Shown here: positions 56,265-64,000 of the stretch, in pieces
Position numbering within the stretch: position 1 is the stretch's first letter
Layout: every line of letters starts with the position of its first letter
Assembly (NCBI GenBank): GCA_038824665.1
Contig: JAWBBK010000003.1
Location: 44,021-108,020 of the forward strand
Reading direction: 5' to 3'
DNA: 64,000 nt
Source of the DNA: Acidilobaceae archaeon
Lineage (GTDB): Archaea > Thermoproteota > Thermoprotei_A > Sulfolobales > Acidilobaceae
Translations under genes and position numbers: made by a program
The notes under the pieces: generated by a model
Databases searched by the model: none
The model's input: the letters and a program-made list of their open reading frames with translations, nothing else
What the model was told of the DNA's origin: nothing

Positions 56265-57278
56265 CTATAAGATCGAGGCAACTACAAGAGCTACTAAGAC
56301 CGGTATTAGAGAGAACTTGGCTACAACTATTATAACGTCTTCTACTCTAACTCTTCCAAACGTCGATCTGATTAAGATCATGGTTTCGAGGACTAGTAGG
56401 AACTTCAGAAAAGCAGTGAGAACTCCTCTTAAGGTCCACTGGTCGTAAGGAGCGGGGCCTCCTAACAGAACGTAAGAGATGAGGAGAGAGTGGACGACTA
56501 TTTCCATATTTCGAAATAACTTGTAGAAGGCTAAAGTAGGGCCAGACATTTCTGTAAGAGGTCCTGCAATTAGTTCCTGTTCAGCTTCGACTACATCGAA
56601 AGGTTTCAGTTTAAGCTTTGCTTGAGAGGACACAATTGCTGCGACTAAGGCTATGATCATTATTGTTGAAGCGATCAGCTCTTTCAGATTTAGAGAACCA
56701 GGAAGAAGGAGGCTAAGAGCAACGCTAGAGGCGGCCGCTATAGTGAAGGGAGATCCTTCAAGTCTCGAAGCTAAAACACAAGGAACTAAGAGAGATGTAG
56801 CGAAGGCGGGCTCAGCAACTACAGCTATTGAGATAAATCGGGAGAGTCCCACAACAACATAAGGGTTCGGATAGGAGGCGAAGGCTATCGAGAGAGAGAC
56901 GAGAGGTAGAACGATGACTAAGTATATGACAGCCACGATGTCTCCTACAGCCTCAAACCTCACAGGAGATATAGGTAATAAGAGCGTCGAGACAGACAGA
57001 CTAGCTACACCAACAGCGAGGGAGGCTTTAGCTAAGAAGGGGCTAGAGCCTCTAGGCACAACCTCTTCTTTGACTATAAGTAGTTTCAAAAAATCAACAA
57101 GAGGTTGAAGCAGACCGAAACGACCCACGTAGCTCGGTCCCATTCTGTTCTGTGCTCTCGCTATAGTCTTTCTCTCTATCCACTCACTAAAGAATCCAAG
57201 AAAGGCTAAGAAGAGCAACCCAGGATACACTAGAGCTGAGAACAGAGCGTATAGAACAAAGCTAGAGTCCACATTCAT
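56265..57278 (-). CDS. Hydrogenase membrane subunit, NuoH/MbhM-like
   Basis: ERK..AR.QNR.GP, QP..DF.KL, PFD..EAEQELIAG. Confidence 0.88.
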   Translation of the reverse strand: MNVDSSFVLYALFSALVYPGLLFLAFLGFFSEWIERKTIARAQNRMGPSYVGRFGLLQPLVDFLKLLIVKEEVVPRGSSPFLAKASLAVGVASLSVSTLLLPISPVRFEAVGDIVAVIYLVIVLPLVSLSIAFASYPNPYVVVGLSRFISIAVVAEPAFATSLLVPCVLASRLEGSPFTIAAASSVALSLLLPGSLNLKELIASTIMIIALVAAIVSSQAKLKLKPFDVVEAEQELIAGPLTEMSGPTLAFYKLFRNMEIVVHSLLISYVLLGGPAPYDQWTLRGVLTAFLKFLLVLETMILIRSTFGRVRVEDVIIVVAKFSLIPVLVALVVASIL

Positions 57279-57282
57279 CTCC

Positions 57283-57627
57283 TCAACTAGATGCGACTAT
57301 CGCCAGAGCTATGAGCATAAGGATTAAATACCACAAAGACATGTAGGAAGCCCAATCGCTTAGCTTACCTGTGTGAACTGCGTTTCTTAATACTCTATAA
57401 ACTTCTTTTAGAACGCGTTGTGTAAAGCCCCAATATAGTGCGGTAGTGCTTGGATAAGATATTGAAAGAGAACTCGCTTCTTCACCACCTACATAAACAT
57501 CTCCCCATCTCACAGTAGCTCTTCTCATAAAGAGACATATCAGTACAAGTAATAGCAACCATACGCAAAACAAAAGCACAGAGACTACCAAGACCAAATC
57601 AAGCAGATTGAGAGAAGTAACTCTCAT
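57283..57627 (-). CDS. Hydrogenase membrane subunit, MbhI-like
   Basis: TM helix, YVGGE, HTG.LSDW, TM helix. Confidence 0.6.
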   Translation of the reverse strand: MRVTSLNLLDLVLVVSVLLFCVWLLLLVLICLFMRRATVRWGDVYVGGEEASSLSISYPSTTALYWGFTQRVLKEVYRVLRNAVHTGKLSDWASYMSLWYLILMLIALAIVASS

Positions 57628-57629
57628 GA

Positions 57630-59264
57630 TTAACCCCTTGAGGTCAATTTCTTCAGATAGTCTTCTAAATAAAGTCTGAAAGGTAACGTATAGGTCTCTG
57701 GGTCTACGACTCCTCTTGCAGCTTCGATTAGAAGCTCGTCGAAGCCGAAGAGCAACAATAAAGGCATCACCAAGATTAGCACTGAGATGATGGTTAACGC
57801 GAGCGCGGGTCTGAGATCGATAGCGAGACGCTGACTCTTCACAGATAAGAGAGGTTTGGAAAGGACAATCAATATCAGCTTAAAGTAACCCATAGCTGAC
57901 ACGGCCGAAGCGACGATCAGCATTACGGCCAAGACGCTAAGCCCGCCCTCTATGAAGACGTTGTACATCATCAACTTACTGAAGAAGCCTACAGTGGGTG
58001 GAACTCCCAAAAGACTGAGAGAACCGATAGCTACAGACAGCCCAACTAGGGGGACTTCTCTACCGACTCCAATCAGTTGGTCGAGATCTCTCGTATTTCG
58101 TATCTTCTCAACGACTCCTATGGCTAAGAACGTTAACGTCTTACCTAAAGAGTGACTAATCATATGGAAGAGCAAAGCGGCTAAGCTCAGTTCTCTCGTC
58201 CTCTCTTCAGATATACAAGCGAAGCCCAAAGACATGTACATAAGACCTATGTGGCTTATAGTGCTATAAGCTAAAAGCCTCTTGCAGTCCTTCTGAACAA
58301 TCATCATAAGAGCTCCTAACATTGCTGAAAGAGTTCCTGAAGCCGTAAAGATTATACCTAAGGCGCTGAGAAGTCCTAAGTCGTCTACTACTGAACCTTC
58401 TCCTAGCACCGTTAGCGCTATGCGGGCGGTTGCGTAAACCCCTATGTTTACGATTAGACCGGAAAGAGCTGCCGAAACGGGCGCTGGAGCTTCTGAATGA
58501 GCGTCTATTAGCCAGAAGTGGTTTGGAGCTAGAGCTGACTTGAACGTAAAGCTCCAAACAGCTAGAGACAACGCTATTGAAGAAGCGAGAGCCAATGCTC
58601 CATAGATCTCGGTAAAGTATGTACGAAAGCTTGGATCTCTTGATTTTAAAGCTATGTCAGCCATATTGAGAGATCCGTAAGAAGCGTATATTGTGATGAC
58701 CGAGATGAAGAATAGAGTAGTAGCTAGCGCTCCTAAGATAGCGTACTTTAAAGTAGCCTCTATAGCTTCGCTTCTTTCTTTATGAAAAGCTACGAGAGCG
58801 TAAGCGGCTATAGCAGTCACCTCTATCATTACGAAGAGGTTGAAGAGATCTCCCGTGTGAATACATCCCAAAAGCCCAGCGGAGAGTCCTAGAAAAAGTA
58901 CGTAAAAGAGAACGGACTCTCTATCTCTAGAACTCTCTAAGCCCACGTACCAACTAGCATAAACTCCTATTACTAAAAGCAGAAACGAGGAAAAGAATAT
59001 GATTAAAGCTCCTACCAAGTCTACATAGTAGACGATACCAAGAGGAGGAGGCCATCCACCAAACGGATATATGAGAGTCTTTTTTTCAATAGCGCTTAGA
59101 GCTAGCATTAAAGCCGAGAGGACAAAGCAAGCAGACAAGATCAAGAGAAAGATCAGGTCTACGAGTTTCCTGTTCTTAGTCAAGAACCAGAGGATCGGCA
59201 GAACGAAAGCAACAGAGGTCAAAATCCATGGCACTACTCCAGCTATCAAGCTGACGTCATACAT
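57630..59264 (-). CDS. Antiporter-like subunit MrpD/MbhH (NuoN-like)
   Basis: GGWPPPLGI, DLFNLFVMIE, HFWL.DAH.EAP, KRLLAYSTI, GFFSK; ATG 59264 preferred. Confidence 0.88.
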   Translation of the reverse strand: MYDVSLIAGVVPWILTSVAFVLPILWFLTKNRKLVDLIFLLILSACFVLSALMLALSAIEKKTLIYPFGGWPPPLGIVYYVDLVGALIIFFSSFLLLVIGVYASWYVGLESSRDRESVLFYVLFLGLSAGLLGCIHTGDLFNLFVMIEVTAIAAYALVAFHKERSEAIEATLKYAILGALATTLFFISVITIYASYGSLNMADIALKSRDPSFRTYFTEIYGALALASSIALSLAVWSFTFKSALAPNHFWLIDAHSEAPAPVSAALSGLIVNIGVYATARIALTVLGEGSVVDDLGLLSALGIIFTASGTLSAMLGALMMIVQKDCKRLLAYSTISHIGLMYMSLGFACISEERTRELSLAALLFHMISHSLGKTLTFLAIGVVEKIRNTRDLDQLIGVGREVPLVGLSVAIGSLSLLGVPPTVGFFSKLMMYNVFIEGGLSVLAVMLIVASAVSAMGYFKLILIVLSKPLLSVKSQRLAIDLRPALALTIISVLILVMPLLLLFGFDELLIEAARGVVDPETYTLPFRLYLEDYLKKLTSRG

Positions 59265-59274
59265 ACCACATCGC

Positions 59275-59787
59275 CTATTCGAACATTTTCTTAGCGAAGT
59301 CTTCAAAAGGAAGGGATACAACGTTACGTACTACGTTAGGATCTCTTGATTTTACATCTATCCAGTGGACATAGAGTTCTCCTCGCTCTCTGTCCACATA
59401 GAGAGTTAAAGTCCCAGGGGCGTTAGATATAGAGCTAGCGAGCAGAAGCAAGGAGTAGTCTGACTTTAAATCAGTTTTCACTTTAACTATACCAGGGTTT
59501 AAAGGCATAGATGGACTTAAGATGCGCTTTACTACATCGATGTGAGCTTTGCTCTCGTATAGAAAGAAGTACACAATAACGAAGACAGCTAGCCAGAAGT
59601 ATCTCGATATTTGGAAGAGCTTTCTCGAGTCCTTTATGAACTCGTTACTTAAAAGCACAGAAAAAGCTAAGGAGAAGAGAAACCCTAAGAGTAGCGTTAA
59701 AGTAGAGAGGCGTCCGGCTACTACTAAAAAGACTAAGGTCAAAGTTACTATCATAAATAGCGCTTTAGCGACCTTCACAAGCCTCAT
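59275..59787 (-). CDS. MrpE/MbhA subunit
   Basis: NPGIVK, SIS..PGTL, LYVHWI. Confidence 0.85.
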   Translation of the reverse strand: MRLVKVAKALFMIVTLTLVFLVVAGRLSTLTLLLGFLFSLAFSVLLSNEFIKDSRKLFQISRYFWLAVFVIVYFFLYESKAHIDVVKRILSPSMPLNPGIVKVKTDLKSDYSLLLLASSISNAPGTLTLYVDRERGELYVHWIDVKSRDPNVVRNVVSLPFEDFAKKMFE

Positions 59788-60191
59788 CCTCTCAACTTCG
59801 AGATTTTGCGAACGTCTGTTGTTCCGTAGAACTTGTAGGCTATCACTATCAGCGACGCAATGACAATGTAAACAGCCAACCCTATAACTATGGCTGTGAG
59901 TACTAGAGCTTGAGGTATTGGGTCTACGAAAAGTACTGAAGGCTGAGTAGAAGTTTTTAAGACGAAGTCATCAATTATTGGAGGCTCAGGACGTAGGTCT
60001 GTCATTGTAAACCCTATGAGGATTGCCAATACGTTAGCGCTATCTCCCAAAACCACCAAAGCTATTAGCTTCTTTACGAGACTTGGCCTAAACAGAACTC
60101 CGTAAATGGTCACAGCTATGTTGACGACTATGCACATAGTCAGTATAGCGAATAGAACGCTCTCTAAGCTTACTTCACTCAAGACTCTCAA
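59784..60191 (-). CDS. MrpC/MbhG subunit
   Basis: VDPIPQALVLTAIVIG. Confidence 0.88.
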   Translation of the reverse strand: MRVLSEVSLESVLFAILTMCIVVNIAVTIYGVLFRPSLVKKLIALVVLGDSANVLAILIGFTMTDLRPEPPIIDDFVLKTSTQPSVLFVDPIPQALVLTAIVIGLAVYIVIASLIVIAYKFYGTTDVRKISKLRG

Positions 60192-61275
60192 CCTTAAGCT
60201 CTTCCATATGTCTCTTTGGTCTAGAGCTGTAAAGCAAGAGGATCAACACGAGAGTGAGACCTGCGGACACTAGAAGAGACTCCGAAGCCTCTAAAAAGAA
60301 AATAGACCCGCCTATGGGTTCTCCTAATAGCTCGCTGATAAATCCGACTGGAGACACAGCTTTAGGCTGGTTTTGAAGTAAGAATGCAGGACTTCTCATA
60401 AAAAACCCTAAGACTATAGGGAATGCGGAGATCAATGACAGAGCCAGAGTTCCACAACAAACTAAAGCTATGAGAGTTAGAATCCTCTTTTCTAGACGCG
60501 ATGTAGAGAGACCGAACCTAGAGGCTATGAGAAAGATCACGATCACGCTGGTGATGAGAGCTCCTCCAGGGAAGCCTCCTCCTGGATGACTAGTTAGAGC
60601 TACCGCTAAGGCGGGGATTAAGACCAAATATAAGAGTTTAGCTACAGTCACAGCTATTGGCGACGCTATTGGAACTCTTTCTAACTCTTCTTTTTGAGAT
60701 AGGACCTCTCTTAGTAGAATGAAAGTTGTGGCCATAGTGGCCAGATATAATATTGTTGACTCGAAGAACGTATCGATACCTCTATAGTCCCACACTACGG
60801 CAGCTACAGCGTCAGGCGATCTGGCTGCTAGATAGTTTGAAGAGAGCGTCGCGCTAGATATTAAGTTATCAACTATAGTTTCAGCTATTTTTCGCAAGCT
60901 ACGAGGTGGCAGAGATTCTCCAAACCATCCACCATTCAAAGCTAGATAAGAGCCAGCGATTATCGTTACAAACATTAAAGCTATTTTGATTAGACTCTTG
61001 TGAAACCTTTCTGCAGACGTTGCTTCATATCTTTCAGTCTTCACGACTAAAATCACTAAAAGCACTGTAACCAAGACAACAGAGACCAAAACGTAAACTA
61101 AAAGAATAGAAGGAGCCATTAGAACTAAAAACAGAATACAATAGAACAAGCTGACTAAACCGCTCGCGATCGCTGCTTTTAAAAGATCTCTTTCCTCTAT
61201 GAGATAAACGCAAGCTACAGTAGATCCTAAAGCAGCTAGAGTTCCTACGAGGAGTACTATAGTGCTAAAGTCCAT
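60175..61275 (-). CDS. Fused MbhD-E-F / MrpB-like subunit
   Basis: RDLLKAAI..AP (DUF4040-like), VVWDYRGIDTFFE, HPGGGF.GG; ATG 61275 preferred. Confidence 0.78.
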   Translation of the reverse strand: MDFSTIVLLVGTLAALGSTVACVYLIEERDLLKAAIASGLVSLFYCILFLVLMAPSILLVYVLVSVVLVTVLLVILVVKTERYEATSAERFHKSLIKIALMFVTIIAGSYLALNGGWFGESLPPRSLRKIAETIVDNLISSATLSSNYLAARSPDAVAAVVWDYRGIDTFFESTILYLATMATTFILLREVLSQKEELERVPIASPIAVTVAKLLYLVLIPALAVALTSHPGGGFPGGALITSVIVIFLIASRFGLSTSRLEKRILTLIALVCCGTLALSLISAFPIVLGFFMRSPAFLLQNQPKAVSPVGFISELLGEPIGGSIFFLEASESLLVSAGLTLVLILLLYSSRPKRHMEELKVESLE

Positions 61276-61279
61276 AAGC

Positions 61280-61651
61280 TCACCTTTCTTCAAGTCTCTC
61301 TTTAAGCTCGTCGACAACTAACTTCTGTGGAGCGACCTTTTCGCTTAAGTAACTCGCTCTAGCCAGAACGTGAGAACCTGTAGATGCGGCTACGAAGAGG
61401 ATTAGAGCAGTTAGCAAACACCTAGCTACATTGATTAAAGATTCTTGAGTAAGACCTGATGAGCCTAAGATCACGAGAGGAGAGCCTAGAGCTATGGCTA
61501 AAAGAGACCCACCTATTGCGCTCACTGTTGCAGCATGCAGTCTCACGTAGAAGTCTGGAAATCTAATTATACCCACTGCTGACAACAGCTGGAGGAAGGA
61601 GCTAATCAACACGATAACGGAACCGATCGTTATCGCTACTTCTGTAAACAT
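61280..61651 (-). CDS. MrpG/MbhC subunit
   Basis: RFPDFYVRLHAAT, SH.LARA. Confidence 0.87.
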   Translation of the reverse strand: MFTEVAITIGSVIVLISSFLQLLSAVGIIRFPDFYVRLHAATVSAIGGSLLAIALGSPLVILGSSGLTQESLINVARCLLTALILFVAASTGSHVLARASYLSEKVAPQKLVVDELKERLEER

Positions 61652-61923
61652 TTTTTACAATCCTCCTCTAAATATCTAGCTACAACAACATCTAAAACGA
61701 AGACGAAGACGGCTATGATTAAAGCTATGTGAAGAAAGAGCCAATATCTCATCATTAAAGATAAGACTACAAGCAGAGCCAGAAAGGCATAGGTAATGCA
61801 GTCTAAAGCCAAGACTCTATCGGATATCGTAGGTCCTATGAAGACTCGATAGGAGTGAACAGTTATAGATATCACGTAGACAAGAACAGACACTAGTAGG
61901 ACTTGTTCCCACGGACTGTTCAA
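61636..61923 (-). CDS. MrpF/MbhB subunit
   Basis: GPTISDRVLALD, ARYL. Confidence 0.87.
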   Translation of the reverse strand: MNSPWEQVLLVSVLVYVISITVHSYRVFIGPTISDRVLALDCITYAFLALLVVLSLMMRYWLFLHIALIIAVFVFVLDVVVARYLEEDCKKCLQK

Positions 61924-61929
61924 TTCGAC

Positions 61930-62316
61930 TCACCTTTCTGAGAGAGTAGAGAGGCTAAGCTCACGAGAAAGGACTTTGGAGCTTCTAACCGAAACAGTCT
62001 GAATTACGTTAGTTGTAATGAAAGCTCCCAGAGGACAGACTTTGACACATCTGTAGCAGAAAACACACGAAAGATAGTTCACTACGGGATATATCCCTTT
62101 TCTATTATGTTTTAATTGTATTCCTGAAGGCAGGTTTTCCATAGAGATACATTGAGAGGGACAATTCAACATACAGAGAGAGCAACCAACACATTTATTG
62201 AGGTCAGCGTAGTGTACACCTCGAGAGTCTGGCTCTATAGATAAAGAAACCTTAGGGTACTCTACAGTAGAAGGTTTTTTGAACAGAGACCTGATAACCT
62301 CCGCTAGGAGGCTCAA
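61930..62316 (-). CDS. 2x[4Fe-4S] subunit NuoI/MbhN-like
   Basis: CVGCSLC...CP and CVFCYRC...CP. Confidence 0.9.
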   Translation of the reverse strand: MSLLAEVIRSLFKKPSTVEYPKVSLSIEPDSRGVHYADLNKCVGCSLCMLNCPSQCISMENLPSGIQLKHNRKGIYPVVNYLSCVFCYRCVKVCPLGAFITTNVIQTVSVRSSKVLSRELSLSTLSER

Positions 62317-63500
62317 AGCTTGACCTCACCTTTAGCTATCTCTCGAAGGCTAACGATTTTTGAGGAGTCTCCTTTTTTAATTATAGCTCTATCCATACAG
62401 GAAATACAGGGGTCAAAGCTGGACAAGATTACCGGTACGTCAGCTATAGCATGTCCTACAAATACAAAAGATCCGTTGATCAAGTTGTTCAAGCTCGGAG
62501 TTCTGATCTTGACTCTATAAGGTCTAGGAGACCCGTCGCCGACTAGATAATATGTGAGTTCTCCTCTCGGAGCTTCAGTTCTCACGTAGACCTCTCCTGC
62601 CGGCAATGATAGAGGTAGCCTTCGCTCGTCGACTATAGCGCTTCCTGAGGGCAATTTCTCAAGAACTTCTCTACATAAACCTACTGAGACAAGAGCTTCT
62701 TCTAGTCTAACCAACATTCTAGCCAGCGAGTCTCCCTCTTCTCTGACCACTATGCTGACGTCCAAGTCCTTATATGCATCGTAAGGCTCTTCTATTCTTA
62801 CATCGCTCTTAACCCCGCTGCCTCTGAGAATAGGACCTAGAAGAGCTGCCTTCACAGCTTCGCTGGGCTTGATCTTGCCTATGTTCTCAAATCTTTTAAG
62901 TATTACTGGGTCCTCGCTGTACGTCTTCAAGTAGAACTTGAGTCTCTCTTCTAGCTTTTCAAGTAGCCTCAAGATCTTCTCTTTCTTAGCGTCGTCTACG
63001 TCGCGTCTAACGCCTCCGACCATTATGAAGTCTGCGTGAACTCTACCTCCAGTTAGAACCTCTTTGGCTTTCATCACCAACTCTCGGTCTCTCATGATGT
63101 ACATGAAGAGCGTGTCGAATCCTATGAGCTCTGCCGCTACTGCGGCAATGAGCATGTGGTTATGAATTCTCTCTAGCTCCATGAGCAGAACTCTTAGGTG
63201 TTCTGCTCGAGGACTAGGTCTTACTTCCAGAAGCTCTTCAATAGCTCTAACGAAGCTATCGGCGTGAACGGCGTTGCATATACCGCAGACTCTCGAAGCT
63301 ATAAATATACCTTTCTGATATGGAGAGATCTCCAGAAGTTTCTCTATGCCTCTATGATTGTAGCCAGTGTTCACTTCAACCTTTACTACAACCTCTCCTT
63401 CAGCGTAGAGCCTAAAGAGAACGGGCTCGTGTAGAGCAGGATGTTGAGGTCCAACGGGGAGTTCTAGTGTGATAGGCACTTCAAGAACTGTCTCTGTCAT
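62313..63500 (-). CDS. Group 4 [NiFe]-hydrogenase large subunit (MbhL-like)
   Basis: GPQHP, RVCGIC (L1), ELERI.NH, EAPRGE, DPCISCMDR (L2) plus a C-terminal tail. Confidence 0.92.
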   Translation of the reverse strand: MTETVLEVPITLELPVGPQHPALHEPVLFRLYAEGEVVVKVEVNTGYNHRGIEKLLEISPYQKGIFIASRVCGICNAVHADSFVRAIEELLEVRPSPRAEHLRVLLMELERIHNHMLIAAVAAELIGFDTLFMYIMRDRELVMKAKEVLTGGRVHADFIMVGGVRRDVDDAKKEKILRLLEKLEERLKFYLKTYSEDPVILKRFENIGKIKPSEAVKAALLGPILRGSGVKSDVRIEEPYDAYKDLDVSIVVREEGDSLARMLVRLEEALVSVGLCREVLEKLPSGSAIVDERRLPLSLPAGEVYVRTEAPRGELTYYLVGDGSPRPYRVKIRTPSLNNLINGSFVFVGHAIADVPVILSSFDPCISCMDRAIIKKGDSSKIVSLREIAKGEVKL

Positions 63501-63506
63501 TGCGGT

Positions 63507-63938
63507 TTACCCCTTTCTTAAAGGGTAAACGTTTTTCTTTACAAGGTCTTCAGACACAAAGGCTCCTCTCTTGAGATAAGGATTACCTTCAAAGACAACG
63601 CCAAAGAGATCGTAAGTTTCCAGCTCTCCTGAATGAAGCCCAGTAAACTCTATCAGAGACGGTAGCCTGGGCGCGTTCCTATCGATCCTACATCTCAGTA
63701 CCAAAACTCTTCTTTCGGAGATGATGTTAATGAAGTAACTTACTTCTATCGTTTTTTCTTGAGGCTTGTCAATAGCGGTTATGGTTGAAAGATAGACGTT
63801 CTCAGGACCAAAGAAGTCTATCAGTCTCTTAAATGCATCTTTTAGTTTGCAAGGCTCAACTAAATAAACAGGCCTTCCTGACATCACCTCTTTTGTTCGT
63901 ACAGCAACGTTAGAGAGAACTACATCAAGGTCTGTCAT
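63507..63938 (-). CDS. NuoC/MbhK-like subunit
   Basis: STITAID, E.ETYDLFGV.FEGNP, YPLRK. Confidence 0.85.
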   Translation of the reverse strand: MTDLDVVLSNVAVRTKEVMSGRPVYLVEPCKLKDAFKRLIDFFGPENVYLSTITAIDKPQEKTIEVSYFINIISERRVLVLRCRIDRNAPRLPSLIEFTGLHSGELETYDLFGVVFEGNPYLKRGAFVSEDLVKKNVYPLRKG

Positions 63939-63958
63939 AGCTTTTCCCTGAGAGGTCG

Positions 63959-64000
63959 TCAGATAGACCGAAGGAGTTCTAGCAGACCGCTTATTATGGC
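63959..64000 (-). CDS. 3' end of a probable hydrogenase small subunit (NuoB/MbhJ-like), partial
   Basis: AIISGLLELLRSI* at the window edge, upstream of the NuoC-like gene. Confidence 0.45.
   Translation of the reverse strand, partial: AIISGLLELLRSI

Noticed and set aside
642-63434. Numerous 60-140 aa ORFs nested in or antisense to recognised genes (e.g. 5944-6360, 21721-22098, 23669-24046, 27257-27613)
   Set aside because: Ser/Leu-rich shadow frames without motifs, fully explained by the coding strand.

Overview
Core-genome segment of a hyperthermophilic crenarchaeon (Thermoproteota, most like Desulfurococcales/Acidilobales). This placement rests on CdvB/CdvC, TFE-beta, the crenarchaeal loop in EndA, a stand-alone 5S rRNA and GAGGTG Shine-Dalgarno sites. 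The window is densely coding with about 75 genes: gatCAB, eIF5A, tiaS, TFS, rpoL/rpoK, cca, thpR, trm1, endA, topA, class II nrdJ, a Btu/Fec ABC importer, a mevalonate-type operon and most of a group 4 membrane-bound [NiFe]-hydrogenase/Mrp operon. It also holds three tRNAs (Arg-UCG, Ser-CGA, Asn-GUU) and 5S rRNA. I see no CRISPR array, transposase or integrase. The most interesting signals are: (1) an HMGS-thiolase-DUF35-HMGR operon whose thiolase and HMG-CoA reductase lack their catalytic motifs while the ORFs stay intact; (2) a four-ORB replication origin between rpiA and tiaS with no initiator gene nearby; (3) an unassigned 76% GC structured RNA with its own promoter; (4) apparent ATT/TTA/CTG start codons; (5) cdvBC without cdvA; (6) a small AT-rich decaying islet. 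All protein calls come from motif recognition by eye; no database searches were run.
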